From: an uncultured Microbacterium sp.
Lineage (GTDB): Bacteria > Actinomycetota > Actinomycetes > Actinomycetales > Microbacteriaceae
NCBI RefSeq assembly: GCF_964244775.1
Contig: NZ_CAXTJR010000011.1
Coordinates: 20,751-84,750 of the forward strand
Length of the DNA: 64,000 nucleotides
Direction: 5' to 3'
Part shown: positions 46,436 through 55,955 of the stretch, in pieces
Position numbering within the stretch: the stretch's first letter is position 1
Layout: every line of letters starts with the position of its first letter
Notes under the pieces: generated by a model
What the model was told of the DNA's origin: nothing
The model's input: the letters and a program-made list of their open reading frames with translations, nothing else
Databases searched by the model: none
Position numbers and translations under genes: made by a program

Positions 46436-46511
46436 ATCCGGGCGATCTCGATACGCTCGCAAGCTCGCTACTCGATCACCGCAGCACTCGCTGGCGCTCG
46501 CTACTCGATCA
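46436..46511 (+). repeat. Intergenic repeat, locus IV: A (CAAG variant) + partial A
   Basis: ATCCGGGCGATCTCGATACGCTCGCAAGCTCGCTACTCGATCACC is at 46436-46480, followed by CACTCGCTGGCGCTCGCTACTCGATCA at 46485-46511. Confidence 0.9.
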
Positions 46512-47126
46512 GGTCATGTCGCCCGTCGTCGGGGCGCCGGCAGGCGCGTAGCGCAGCCGCAGCGCTCCGCTCGGCCCGGTGAGGGCGGGCTCGGTCAGCC
46601 GGAGCTTCGCGGGTGTCGCCCCGTCGGGGAACACCTTCTTACCCTCGCCGAGCACGACCGGGTACACCCAGAGGTTCAGGATGTCGTACAGCTCGCCGGC
46701 CAGCAGGGTCTGCACGAAGTCGATGCTGCCGATCACGTGGATGTCCGAATGACGCTCGCGGAGAGCATCCATCTCGGCCGCGATGTCGGTGCCGAGCTGC
46801 GTCGTGCCCTGCCACTCGGGCGTCAGGATGCGGCGCGAGGCCACATACTTCGGGATGCTGTCGAACTTCTGCCCGATCGGCCCCTCGGGCCCGGTCGTGT
46901 GATGCGGCCAGTAGCCGGCGAAGATGTCGTATGTGCGGCGGCCGAGCAGCAGCGCATCCATCGCCTCGATGCCCTCACCGATCGTCGCCCCGAGCACGTC
47001 GTCGTCGAGCGGTGCCTGCCAGCCGCCCCAGCGGAAGCCGCCCGAGGTGTCTTCCTCGGGTCCGCCCGGAGCCTGGGCGACGCCGTCCAGGGTCGTGAAC
47101 AGATCGATCGTGATGCGACCGGTCAT
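46509..47126 (-). CDS. Dihydrofolate-reductase-family protein (RibD C-terminal domain type)
   Basis: MTGRITIDLFTTLDGV...LLLGRRTYDIFAGYW...VIGSIDFVQTLL pattern. Confidence 0.8.
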   Translation of the reverse strand: MTGRITIDLFTTLDGVAQAPGGPEEDTSGGFRWGGWQAPLDDDVLGATIGEGIEAMDALLLGRRTYDIFAGYWPHHTTGPEGPIGQKFDSIPKYVASRRILTPEWQGTTQLGTDIAAEMDALRERHSDIHVIGSIDFVQTLLAGELYDILNLWVYPVVLGEGKKVFPDGATPAKLRLTEPALTGPSGALRLRYAPAGAPTTGDMT

Positions 47127-47162
47127 GATGATCTCCTTTTCGCTTCTCCCCGCGAGGGGGCC

Positions 47163-47873
47163 TCAGGCAGCGCGTTCATCTGCCAGGTCGGTGCCGGTGT
47201 CGATATGGAAAGTGGCCGCGAACCGCTCGAGCAGCGACTCGTCGCCGCTGACGACCGCGAGCACGTCCTGCTCGATCGCGTCGGCGGGAGTGAGCTCGCC
47301 CGAGATGATGCGACGGATGCCGGGGCCGGCCGCGAAGACGAGGTCCGGCTCGCCTGCGGGCAGGCGCCCCCCGACGGGTGATGCGGGAGGCGCGATCTGC
47401 GTCACGTGCAGCCGGATGCCGTCGACCTGTGCCCGCAGCACCACGTCGCCCACGTGCAGCTCGTAGTCTGCAGGATCCAGGGCGGCCGCAGCATCCGCTC
47501 GGAATGATGTCCGCAGCGCCATCGTGAGCGAGTCCGGTGTCACGATGTCACCCGGCCCGGGCTCGCCCATCCGCGCGAAGCCCCATCGACCGAGCGCGAG
47601 CACGATCGGCTCGAGCTGACGACCGTAGGGCGTGAGCTCGTAGACGAGCCCGGTCCGGTACAGAGGCGCGCGGCGGATCACCCCACCCTCCTGCAGCTCT
47701 TTGAGCCGCGTCGAGAGGATGTTGGTGGGGATCTTGGGCAGTCCCTGCTTGAGGTCGGTGAAGCGGCGGGGGCCGACGAGCAGATCGCGGATGATGAGCA
47801 GCGCCCATCGCTCGCCGATCAGCTCAACGGCGGTCGTGACTCCGCAGTACTGTCCGTAGCTGCGCGTGGCCAC
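47163..47873 (-). CDS. HxlR-family transcriptional regulator with C-terminal SCP2-like extension
   Basis: CGVTTAVELIGERWALLIIRDLLVGPRRFTDL is an HxlR winged helix. Confidence 0.85.
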   Translation of the reverse strand: MATRSYGQYCGVTTAVELIGERWALLIIRDLLVGPRRFTDLKQGLPKIPTNILSTRLKELQEGGVIRRAPLYRTGLVYELTPYGRQLEPIVLALGRWGFARMGEPGPGDIVTPDSLTMALRTSFRADAAAALDPADYELHVGDVVLRAQVDGIRLHVTQIAPPASPVGGRLPAGEPDLVFAAGPGIRRIISGELTPADAIEQDVLAVVSGDESLLERFAATFHIDTGTDLADERAA

Positions 47874-47876
47874 CTG

Positions 47877-48314
47877 CTACGCCTGGGCGTGCTCGGCCAG
47901 GTAGGCCTCTGGCCCCTGCTCGGCGGCCTGCGGCTCCATGAAGAGGAATCCGAGGCTGTTGCCGTCGGGGTCGTCGAGGTCGCGCGAGTACATGAATCCG
48001 AAGTCCTGCGCCGGCTTGGGCTCGGTGCCGCCGTTGGCCAGCCCCCGCGCCATGATCGCGTCGACCTCTTCGCGCGAGTCGCGGCTGAGTCCGATGCTCG
48101 TCTGGGCGTGGGTCTTCGGGTCGATGATCTGCTTGTCGGTGAACGTCGCGAAGTACTCCTTGGTGAGCACCATGAAGAACACGTTCTCGTCCCACACGAT
48201 GCACGCCGCGTTCTCGTCGGTGAAGTTCGGGTTGATGCCGGCGCCGAGCGCCGTGTAGAAGGCCTTCGACCGCTCGAGATCGGTCGTGGGCACGTTCACG
48301 AAGATGCTGGTCAT
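47877..48314 (-). CDS. VOC/glyoxalase-family protein
   Basis: Trimmed to MTSIFVNVPTTDLERSKAFY, with AAGGAG upstream of ATG 48314. It is 3 nt upstream of the HxlR gene. Confidence 0.8.
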   Translation of the reverse strand: MTSIFVNVPTTDLERSKAFYTALGAGINPNFTDENAACIVWDENVFFMVLTKEYFATFTDKQIIDPKTHAQTSIGLSRDSREEVDAIMARGLANGGTEPKPAQDFGFMYSRDLDDPDGNSLGFLFMEPQAAEQGPEAYLAEHAQA

Positions 48315-48358
48315 TTCCGTCTCCTTGTCAGGTGCCGGCCGTCTGTCCGACAGTTGAT

Positions 48359-48394
48359 ACTTGCAAAAAGCAACTGTACTTGGCAATAGCAAGT
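48359..48394. promoter_or_regulatory. Two tandem pseudo-palindromic sites ACTTGCAAAAAGCAACT (48359-48375) and ACTTGGCAATAGCAAGT (48378-48394); candidate HxlR operator
   Basis: Read directly, in the AT-rich divergent region between the VOC-hxlR operon and the histidine kinase gene. Confidence 0.4.
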
Positions 48395-48456
48395 TAGATT
48401 TCCGTCTCAACCGCGCGGGGGATGCCGGAGCCCAGCCTCCGCCATAGCGTGGAGGC

Positions 48457-49758
48457 GTGGCATCCCTCCAACCGCTCCCCGTGCGACCCGCACCCACCGC
48501 CCGCGAGTTGCGCAGCGACCTCTACCTCGCCGCGGTGATCCTGATCGGCGCGATCCTCAGCTCGGTGCTCAGCTCGATCGCGGGCTTCTACGGCACGGAG
48601 CAGGGGTCGATGCAGCTGACGCTCGTCTACGCCGTCGTGCTGGCCGCGCCGCTCGCAGTGCGCAGGCGTTGGCCGGCGACGGTTGCCGTGATCGTCTGCA
48701 CGGCGTACTTCGCCGCCGTCACACTTCGCCTTCCCGAGGTCTATGTCGGCAACATCGCGATGTTCATCGCCCTGTACACGGTTGGCGCCTGGTCGTTCGA
48801 CCGCCGCCGCGCACTCATCGTGCGCGTTGCCATCATCATCGGCATGTTCGTCTGGCTGCTGTTCACGATGTATCGCGACGCAATCGATCATGCCGAAGAC
48901 GGCGGCGTGATCGCCGGGGCATTCTCACCGTTCATCGCGCAGGCGATGCTCTCGATCCTGGTCAATGCGCTCTACTTCGGGGGCGCGTACTACTTCGGCG
49001 AGCGCGCCTGGGTGTCGGCGGCGCAGGTCGAGGCCCTCGAGCTGCGCACCGCCGAGCTGGAGCGCGAGCGCGAGCTGACCGCAGCCCAGGCCGTCGCCCT
49101 CGATCGCGTGCGCATCGCGCGCGAGCTGCACGACGTCGTCGCGCATCACGTCTCGGTCATGGGCGTGCAAGCCGGTGCCGCGCGGGTCGTGCTCGACACC
49201 GATCCGGCGGCTGCACGCGACATGCTCAGCGGGGTCGAGTCATCGGCGCGGGTCGCGATCGACGAGCTGCACCGCCTGCTCGGCACCCTGCGCACCCCCG
49301 GCGAGGGCGATGAGGCGCCGGCGTCGACGGTGAACCTCGACGCCCTGCCGCAGCTGATCGCGGCATCGGATGCCGCGGGTCTGCCCACCACCTTCACCGT
49401 CGTCGGCGATGCCGCACCCGTGCCGCAGGTGACCCAGGTGAACCTCTACCGCATCGCGCAGGAGGCGCTGACCAACGCACGCCGGCACGGCGGCCCTGGA
49501 GTGACGGCCGACGTGCGTCTGCGCTACACCGACGATCGGATGCTCGAGCTCGAGGTCATCAACACGGGTCGCACCGTGCGCGAGCCCCGGCCCGGGCTCG
49601 GGCAGCTCGGCATGCGGGAGAGAGCGGCGGCATCCGGGGGCACGATCGAGATCGCGCCCCGCGATCGCGGAGGATTCCGCGTTCGGGTCGCCGTGCCGCT
49701 CACGCATGAGCCCGTGGACGCCGCCGGCGCCGTCGACCCCGTGGACGCCGTCCGATGA
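48457..49758 (+). CDS. Sensor histidine kinase (HisKA_3 / NarX-DesK type)
   Basis: N-terminal TM segments, then ARELHDVVAHHVS (H-box) and EALTNARRHG (N-box). The start could instead be GTG 48481. Confidence 0.85.
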   Translation: MASLQPLPVRPAPTARELRSDLYLAAVILIGAILSSVLSSIAGFYGTEQGSMQLTLVYAVVLAAPLAVRRRWPATVAVIVCTAYFAAVTLRLPEVYVGNIAMFIALYTVGAWSFDRRRALIVRVAIIIGMFVWLLFTMYRDAIDHAEDGGVIAGAFSPFIAQAMLSILVNALYFGGAYYFGERAWVSAAQVEALELRTAELERERELTAAQAVALDRVRIARELHDVVAHHVSVMGVQAGAARVVLDTDPAAARDMLSGVESSARVAIDELHRLLGTLRTPGEGDEAPASTVNLDALPQLIAASDAAGLPTTFTVVGDAAPVPQVTQVNLYRIAQEALTNARRHGGPGVTADVRLRYTDDRMLELEVINTGRTVREPRPGLGQLGMRERAAASGGTIEIAPRDRGGFRVRVAVPLTHEPVDAAGAVDPVDAVR

Positions 49759-50417
49759 TCCGCGTGCTGCTGGTCGATGACCATGCCGTCATGCGCGCGG
49801 GATTCCGCACGATCCTCGAGGCGGCCGGCGACATCACCGTCGTCGGCGAGGCGGCGACCGGGCGGGAGGCGGTGGCGGCAGCATCCGTCGTCCGTCCCGA
49901 CGTGATCTGCATGGACGTGCAGATGCCCGACATGGACGGTCTCGAGGCGACCCGGCTCATCGTCGCCGACCCGGGGGTCGCTGCCGGCGTGATCGTCGTC
50001 ACGACCTTCGATCGCGACGACTACCTCTTCTCGGCGCTGCAGTCGGGCGCCAGCGGCTTCCTGCTCAAGAACGCCGGGTCGGACGAGCTCGTCGCCGCCG
50101 TGCGGGTCGTGGCTGCGGGGGACGCGCTCCTGGCGCCCGAGGTCACCCGCCGCGTGATCGAGCGGTTCGCCGGCGGGTCGGTCCCTAGCGCTGTGACGAC
50201 CGTCGACTCACGGTGGGCCCCCGCCGATGCGCTCACCGACCGTGAGGCCGAGGTGCTGCGGCTGCTCGCCCAGGCGCGCAGCAATGCCGAGATCGCCCAA
50301 GAGCTGTTCATCGGCGAGGCGACGGTGAAGACGCACGTGTCGAACGTGCTGCAGAAGCTCGGCGCCCGTGACCGGGTGCACGCCGCCGTTCTCGCGCACC
50401 TGCACGGCCTGACCTGA
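49755..50417 (+). CDS. Response regulator, NarL/LuxR family
   Basis: VLLVDDH, DVQMPDMDG, and a LuxR HTH (EIAQELFIGEATVKTHVSNVLQKLG). There is an ATGA overlap with the kinase gene. Confidence 0.9.
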   Translation: MIRVLLVDDHAVMRAGFRTILEAAGDITVVGEAATGREAVAAASVVRPDVICMDVQMPDMDGLEATRLIVADPGVAAGVIVVTTFDRDDYLFSALQSGASGFLLKNAGSDELVAAVRVVAAGDALLAPEVTRRVIERFAGGSVPSAVTTVDSRWAPADALTDREAEVLRLLAQARSNAEIAQELFIGEATVKTHVSNVLQKLGARDRVHAAVLAHLHGLT

Positions 50418-50621
50418 CCGGCGCTGAACCGGGCGTGCGGCGCCCGGGTCCGACGCACAGCCAGCGCATGTCCGCGAGATGGTCGAGAGCCCGGGCCATG
50501 TCCGCCAGCTGGCGGGCACGAGCGCGGACGCGGAGTCACCCCCGCCGCGCCGCGCGGAGGAGGCCGGATCTCCGCCTCCCGGGGGATCCGCCGCACCGCA
50601 TGCGTCCGTAGCGTGAGTCGC

Positions 50622-51506
50622 ATGCTGCAACTGCGAAATCTCGATAAGAGCTACGGCACGCACCGCGTGCTCACGGATGTGTCGTTCGACGTCAGCCCCG
50701 GCCGCCTCACCGGCTTCGTCGGGGGCAACGGCGCCGGCAAGACGACGACGATGCGCATCACTCTGGGGGTGCTCGCCGCCGACTCGGGCACCGTCTCGCT
50801 CGACCGAGGACCGGTCAGCACCGACGATCGACGACGCTTCGGATACATGCCCGAAGAGCGCGGGCTGTACCCCAAGATGAAGGTGCTCGAGCAGATCGTG
50901 TACCTCGCGCGACTGCACGGATTCTCGCGGGCGGATGCCACGGCCTCCGCCACCACACTGCTCGAACGCCTCGGACTCGGCGAGCGCCTGGGCGACAACG
51001 TCGAGACGCTCTCGCTCGGCAACCAGCAGCGCGCGCAGATCGCGGCGGCCCTCGTGCACGACCCCGAGGTGCTGATCCTCGACGAGCCGTTCTCGGGCCT
51101 TGACCCGATGGCCGTCGACGTCGTCGCCGCGGTGCTCCAGGAGCGCGCGGCCAACGGCACGGCGGTGCTGTTCTCATCGCACCAGCTCGAACTCGTCGAA
51201 CGGCTCTGCGATGACCTCGTGATCATCGCCGGTGGCACGATCCGCGCGGCCGGCGAGCGCGAGGCGCTGCGTGCGCAGCACTCCAGCCCGCGGTACGAAC
51301 TCGTCTCATCCGGCGACGCCGGGTGGCTGCGCACCGAACCGGGCGTGCAGATCGTCGACTTCGACGGCGGCTACGCCGTGTTCGACGTCGACTCCCCCGA
51401 GACGGCCCAGCGGGTCTTGCGCGAAGCCGTCTCACGCGGAGACGTCGGCAGCTTCGCGCCCCAGCATCCGACCCTCGCTCAGATCTTCCGGGAGGTAGTC
51501 CAGTGA
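50622..51506 (+). CDS. ABC transporter ATP-binding protein (ABC-2 exporter type)
   Basis: Walker A GGNGAGKTT, signature LSLGNQQR, Walker B LILDEP. The start is ATG 50622 or GTG 50613. Confidence 0.85.
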   Translation: MLQLRNLDKSYGTHRVLTDVSFDVSPGRLTGFVGGNGAGKTTTMRITLGVLAADSGTVSLDRGPVSTDDRRRFGYMPEERGLYPKMKVLEQIVYLARLHGFSRADATASATTLLERLGLGERLGDNVETLSLGNQQRAQIAAALVHDPEVLILDEPFSGLDPMAVDVVAAVLQERAANGTAVLFSSHQLELVERLCDDLVIIAGGTIRAAGEREALRAQHSSPRYELVSSGDAGWLRTEPGVQIVDFDGGYAVFDVDSPETAQRVLREAVSRGDVGSFAPQHPTLAQIFREVVQ

Positions 51507-52648
51507 GCACCTCAACGACCCAAACCCGCACCGCACCCACGCCCCGCACCCCCGCGGAGCGCCCCGCGGCGCCCAGCGAGGCATCCGCCATGTGGCTCGT
51601 CGCCGAACGCGAGATCAGCACCAAGCTGCGCAGCAAGGTGTTCCTGATCTCGACCGCGATCCTGTTCGTCGCGGCGCTGGTCGGGCTCATCTTCGGCGGG
51701 CTCGCCGCACAGAACCAGAGCGGCACCCCCGTCGCGGTCACGGCGGATGCGGCACCGCTCCTCCCCTCGACCGAAGGCCTCGAGATCACCGAGGTCGCAG
51801 ACCGGTCAGCCGCCGAGAAGCTCGTCTCGGACGGCACGGTGGATGCCGCGATCGTCGCCGATCCCTCGGCAGCGCCGTTCGGTTTCACGGTGATCGCCGA
51901 TTCGTCGGCCCCGACGTCGCTGATGCTGCGGTTCGCGCAGGTGCCGCCGGTCGAACTGCTCGACCCTGCGCAGACCGATGAAGCGATCCGCTACTTCGTC
52001 GCGATCGGGTTCGGCATCGTCTTCCTCATGGCGGCGAGCATCTTCGGCTCGACGATCGCCGCGAGCGTGGTCGAAGAGAAGCAGACGCGAGTCGTCGAGA
52101 TCCTCATCTCGGCCATCAGGGCGCGGACGCTGCTGGCCGGAAAGGTGATCGGCAACACGATCCTCGCGATGGCCCAGATCCTGGTGCTGGCCGCGATCGC
52201 GATCGTCGGGCTCACCGTCATCGGGCAGACTCAGCTGCTGGGCCTGCTCGGAGCGCCGATCCTGTGGTTCGCGGTGTTCTTCCTCTTCGGGTTCATCCTG
52301 CTCGCGGCGCTGTTCGCGGCGGCCGGAGCGATGGTGTCGCGCCAGGAGGACATCGGCTCGACGACGTTCCCGATCACGATCTTGATCATGGCGCCGTACT
52401 TCCTCGTGATCTTCTTCAACGACAACCCCGTCGTGCTCACGATCATGTCGTACGTGCCGTTCTCGGCTCCGGTCGGAATGCCCATGCGGCTGTTCCTCGG
52501 TGAGGCGCAGTGGTGGGAGCCGATCATCTCGCTTCTGATCCTGCTCGCCACGTGCGTGGGAGCGATCCTGGTCGGCGCGAGGATCTACCAGAACTCGCTG
52601 CTGCGCATGGGCGCCCGCGTCAAGCTGAACGAGGCGCTCCGGGGGTAG
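51503..52648 (+). CDS. ABC-2 family transporter permease
   Basis: GTG 51503 overlaps the upstream stop (GTGA). It has one N-terminal TM, an extracytoplasmic loop and five C-terminal TM segments. Confidence 0.8.
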   Translation: MSTSTTQTRTAPTPRTPAERPAAPSEASAMWLVAEREISTKLRSKVFLISTAILFVAALVGLIFGGLAAQNQSGTPVAVTADAAPLLPSTEGLEITEVADRSAAEKLVSDGTVDAAIVADPSAAPFGFTVIADSSAPTSLMLRFAQVPPVELLDPAQTDEAIRYFVAIGFGIVFLMAASIFGSTIAASVVEEKQTRVVEILISAIRARTLLAGKVIGNTILAMAQILVLAAIAIVGLTVIGQTQLLGLLGAPILWFAVFFLFGFILLAALFAAAGAMVSRQEDIGSTTFPITILIMAPYFLVIFFNDNPVVLTIMSYVPFSAPVGMPMRLFLGEAQWWEPIISLLILLATCVGAILVGARIYQNSLLRMGARVKLNEALRG

Positions 52649-52657
52649 CCAGCCGCC

Positions 52658-54457
52658 TCAGCATCGTCTGCGGTGGCCGGCGCGACCCGTCTGACCGACG
52701 AGCGCGTCGGCCGCCCGCACGAGCGCCAGGTGCGAGAACGCCTGCGGGGTGTTGCCCGCGTGCCGCTGCAGGGTCACGTCGTACTCTTCGCTCAGCAGCC
52801 CGACGTCGTTGGCGAGACCGCAGACCAGGTCCATGAGTGCCGCCGCCTCGAGGTCGCGGCCGGTGGCCGCGTACTGCTCGACGAGCCAGAACGAACACGC
52901 CAGGAATGGATGCTCGTCGCCCGGCACTCCGTCCACCCGCGACTGCGTCCGATAGCGGTGCAGCAGCCCGTCGTGCATCAGCACGCGCTCGATCTCGGCG
53001 ACTGTGCCGAGCATCCGCGGGTCATCCGCCTTGCAGAACCCCACCAGCGGCAGCAGGAGCAGCGACGCATCGACCTCGGCTGAGCCGTAGCACTGCACGA
53101 AGTGCCCACGCTCGGCGTCGAACCCCTTGTCGTCGATCTCGGCCCGGAGGCGATCGCGCAGCGCCTCCCATTGCTCGACGGGCCCGTCCAGCCCGTGCCG
53201 ACGCACCGCGCGCACGCCGCAGTCGAACGCCGCCCAGACCATGACGCGGGAGTGCGTGAACCACCGCGGCTCGCCGCGTATCTCCCAGATGCCGTTGTCG
53301 CGCCGGTCGATGTTCTCCTCGACGAAAGCCAGCAGCGCGCGCTGCAGCGGCCACGAGAACTCCGACTCCTCGACGCCGGCGAGGCGTGCCGCCTCGAGCG
53401 CCAGCATCACCTCGCCGATCACATCGGCCTGATACTGCTCCACGGCGCCGTTGCCGATGCGCACCGGCGCCGCTCCGTCGTACCCCGGCAGGCTCGTCAG
53501 CACCCGTTCGGTGAGCTCGCGCTCACCCCCGAGCCCGTACATGATCTGCACGTCGTCGGGTGATCCGGCGATCGCGCGCAGCAACCAGCGCCGCCACTCC
53601 TGCGCTTCGGCGGTGAATCCGTGGTCCAGCAGCGCCTCGAGCGTGAGCGAGGCATCCCTCAGCCAGACATAGCGGTAGTCCCAGTTGCGGACGCCGCCGA
53701 AATCCTCCGGGAGGGATGTCGTGGCCGCCGCCACGATCCCGCCGGTGTCTTCGTGCGTGAGCGCGCGCAGCACGAGCAGCGACCGCACGACTTCGTCATG
53801 ATGGGGTCCGTCGTGCTCGATCCCCTCGGCCCACCCCGCCCACCACGCGCGCGTGCTCTCCAGGGCCTTGTCGATGTCGATCGGCTCAGGGGTGGGGCGG
53901 TGCGAGGGGAACCAGGTCATCGTCAGGTCGACGGTCTCGCCGGCGGCGACGGTGAACACCCCGACGTGGGCGCGATCGTCCGCGGTCAAGCGGGCGCCGC
54001 GCACGACCAGCGCATCGGGCCCGGCGATCGCGATCAGCGCCGGGTCATCGTCGGTGCCCGCCTGCCGCATCCACGGCATCGCGCGGGCGTAGTCGAAGCG
54101 CACTCGCAGCTCCTGCCGGAACTCGATCCGGCCCGAGACCCCTCGGGTGCGCCGGATCACGTCCGCCCGCCGGTCGGCGTGCGGCATCAGGTCGATGACC
54201 TCGGCCACCCCGTCTGCGGTCTGCCACCGCGTGACCAGCACGAACCCGTCGCCGTCGTATTCGCGGCTCGTGCGGGCCGCCGGATCGGTGGGGCGCAGCA
54301 TCCACCTGCCGTGATCCTCGCTGCCCAGCAGGGCGCCGAACGTCGATGCCGAGTCGTACCGCGGCAGGCAGAGCCAGTCGATGCTCCCCTCGCGTGAGAC
54401 GAGCGCGGCGGTGTGACAGTCGCTGAGAACGGCGTAGTCCTCGATGGGTGAAGCCAT
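52658..54457 (-). CDS. Glycoside hydrolase family 15 (glucoamylase/trehalase-like)
   Basis: 599 aa. The N-terminus IEDYAVLSDCHTAALVSREGSIDWLCLPRYDS and an (alpha/alpha)6-type C-terminal region are as recalled for actinobacterial GH15. Confidence 0.8.
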   Translation of the reverse strand: MASPIEDYAVLSDCHTAALVSREGSIDWLCLPRYDSASTFGALLGSEDHGRWMLRPTDPAARTSREYDGDGFVLVTRWQTADGVAEVIDLMPHADRRADVIRRTRGVSGRIEFRQELRVRFDYARAMPWMRQAGTDDDPALIAIAGPDALVVRGARLTADDRAHVGVFTVAAGETVDLTMTWFPSHRPTPEPIDIDKALESTRAWWAGWAEGIEHDGPHHDEVVRSLLVLRALTHEDTGGIVAAATTSLPEDFGGVRNWDYRYVWLRDASLTLEALLDHGFTAEAQEWRRWLLRAIAGSPDDVQIMYGLGGERELTERVLTSLPGYDGAAPVRIGNGAVEQYQADVIGEVMLALEAARLAGVEESEFSWPLQRALLAFVEENIDRRDNGIWEIRGEPRWFTHSRVMVWAAFDCGVRAVRRHGLDGPVEQWEALRDRLRAEIDDKGFDAERGHFVQCYGSAEVDASLLLLPLVGFCKADDPRMLGTVAEIERVLMHDGLLHRYRTQSRVDGVPGDEHPFLACSFWLVEQYAATGRDLEAAALMDLVCGLANDVGLLSEEYDVTLQRHAGNTPQAFSHLALVRAADALVGQTGRAGHRRRC

Positions 54458-54495
54458 CTGCTGAGTCTGTCACCCGAGGGGAATAGTCTGGCCGC

Positions 54496-55869
54496 ATGAC
54501 CGCCCCCCAGACCACCCTCATCGTGCTCGGCGCCTCGGGCGACCTCACCTCGCGCCTGCTCATGCCGGCGCTCGGCCAGCTGCTCACGCGCGAGCCAGAG
54601 CGCAGCATCCGCCTCATCGGTGCGGGGATGGACGACTGGGACGACGCGCACTGGCGCGAGGTGGTGACGACGTCGTTCACGACGGTGGATGCCGGGGGCC
54701 CGGCGGTCGAGGCGGTGCTGGCCGGAGCGATCTACCGCAAGGCCGACATCACCCAGCCCGCCGACCTGACCGCTCTGCTCGGGCTGGCTGAGGGTCGAGT
54801 CGCGTTCTACTTCGCCGTTCCGCCGGCGATCGCGGCGAAGGCCTGCACCGCGCTCGAGTCGGTCGAGCTTCCGGAGGGACTGATCCTCGCCCTGGAGAAG
54901 CCGTTCGGCGTCGACGAGGCGAGCGCGCACACGCTCAACCTCCAGCTCGCGAAGCTCGTGCCCGAAGACCAGGTGCACCGGATCGACCACTTCCTGGGCC
55001 GCTCCACCGTGCTTAACGTGCTGGGCGTGCGGTTCACCAACCGGGTGTTCGAGCCGGTGTGGTCGTCCGAGCACATCGAATCGGTCGTGATCCGCTACGA
55101 CGAGGCACTCGGGCTCGAAGGCCGAGCGGGCTACTACGACCGCGCCGGCGCGCTGATCGACATGATCCAGAGCCACCTGCTGCAGGTGCTCGCCGTCGTC
55201 GCGATGGACCCGCCCTCGACGCTCGGCGCGATCGACCTGCGCGATGCGAAGGGCATGGTGCTCCGGGCCACCCGCGTGTGGCAGGGCGATCCTGTCGCCT
55301 CGTCGCGTCGCGCCCGGTATGGCGCCGGCGAGGTCGGCGACCGGAAGCTCCCCGCCTACGCCGATGAGCCGGGCGTCGATCCGGCGCTCGAGACCGAGAC
55401 CCTCGCCGAGATGACGGTGGGCATCGCCACCACGCGCTGGGAGGGCGTGCCCTTCACACTGCGGTCGGGCAAGGCCCTGGGTGATCGGCGCAGTGAGATC
55501 GTCATCAAGTTCAAGCCCGTCTCGCACCTGCCGAGCGGCTTCAGCGGGTCGGCCGATCCTTCGGTGCTCCGGCTGACTCTCGGCCCCGACCGGATGGCGC
55601 TCGAGGTCAATCTGAACGGCCCCGGCGATCCGTTCCAGCTCGACCGCGCCTCGCTCGAAGCCGAGTTCGGCGAGGGGGAGCTCCTGGCCTATGCCGAAGT
55701 GCTGCAGGGCATCCTCGACGGTGATCCGACGCTGTCGGTGCGCGGCGACACCGCCGAAGAGTGCTGGCGGATCGTGCAGCCGGTGCTCGACGCGTGGCGG
55801 AGCGACGCGGTGCCGCTCGACGAATACCCGGCGGGTACGCCGGGTCCGGCATCCTGGCCCGTGATCTGA
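54496..55869 (+). CDS. zwf: Glucose-6-phosphate dehydrogenase
   Basis: LGASGDLT, RIDHFLGR and DMIQSHLLQ motifs. Confidence 0.85.
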   Translation: MTAPQTTLIVLGASGDLTSRLLMPALGQLLTREPERSIRLIGAGMDDWDDAHWREVVTTSFTTVDAGGPAVEAVLAGAIYRKADITQPADLTALLGLAEGRVAFYFAVPPAIAAKACTALESVELPEGLILALEKPFGVDEASAHTLNLQLAKLVPEDQVHRIDHFLGRSTVLNVLGVRFTNRVFEPVWSSEHIESVVIRYDEALGLEGRAGYYDRAGALIDMIQSHLLQVLAVVAMDPPSTLGAIDLRDAKGMVLRATRVWQGDPVASSRRARYGAGEVGDRKLPAYADEPGVDPALETETLAEMTVGIATTRWEGVPFTLRSGKALGDRRSEIVIKFKPVSHLPSGFSGSADPSVLRLTLGPDRMALEVNLNGPGDPFQLDRASLEAEFGEGELLAYAEVLQGILDGDPTLSVRGDTAEECWRIVQPVLDAWRSDAVPLDEYPAGTPGPASWPVI

Positions 55870-55955
55870 CCCGGGAATACATGCAGTCACATAGTGTTTG
55901 AGTGAGTAAGGCCAATGGCGGCCGTTCTGTCGACACACCCCGGAAAGAGGCCGCC

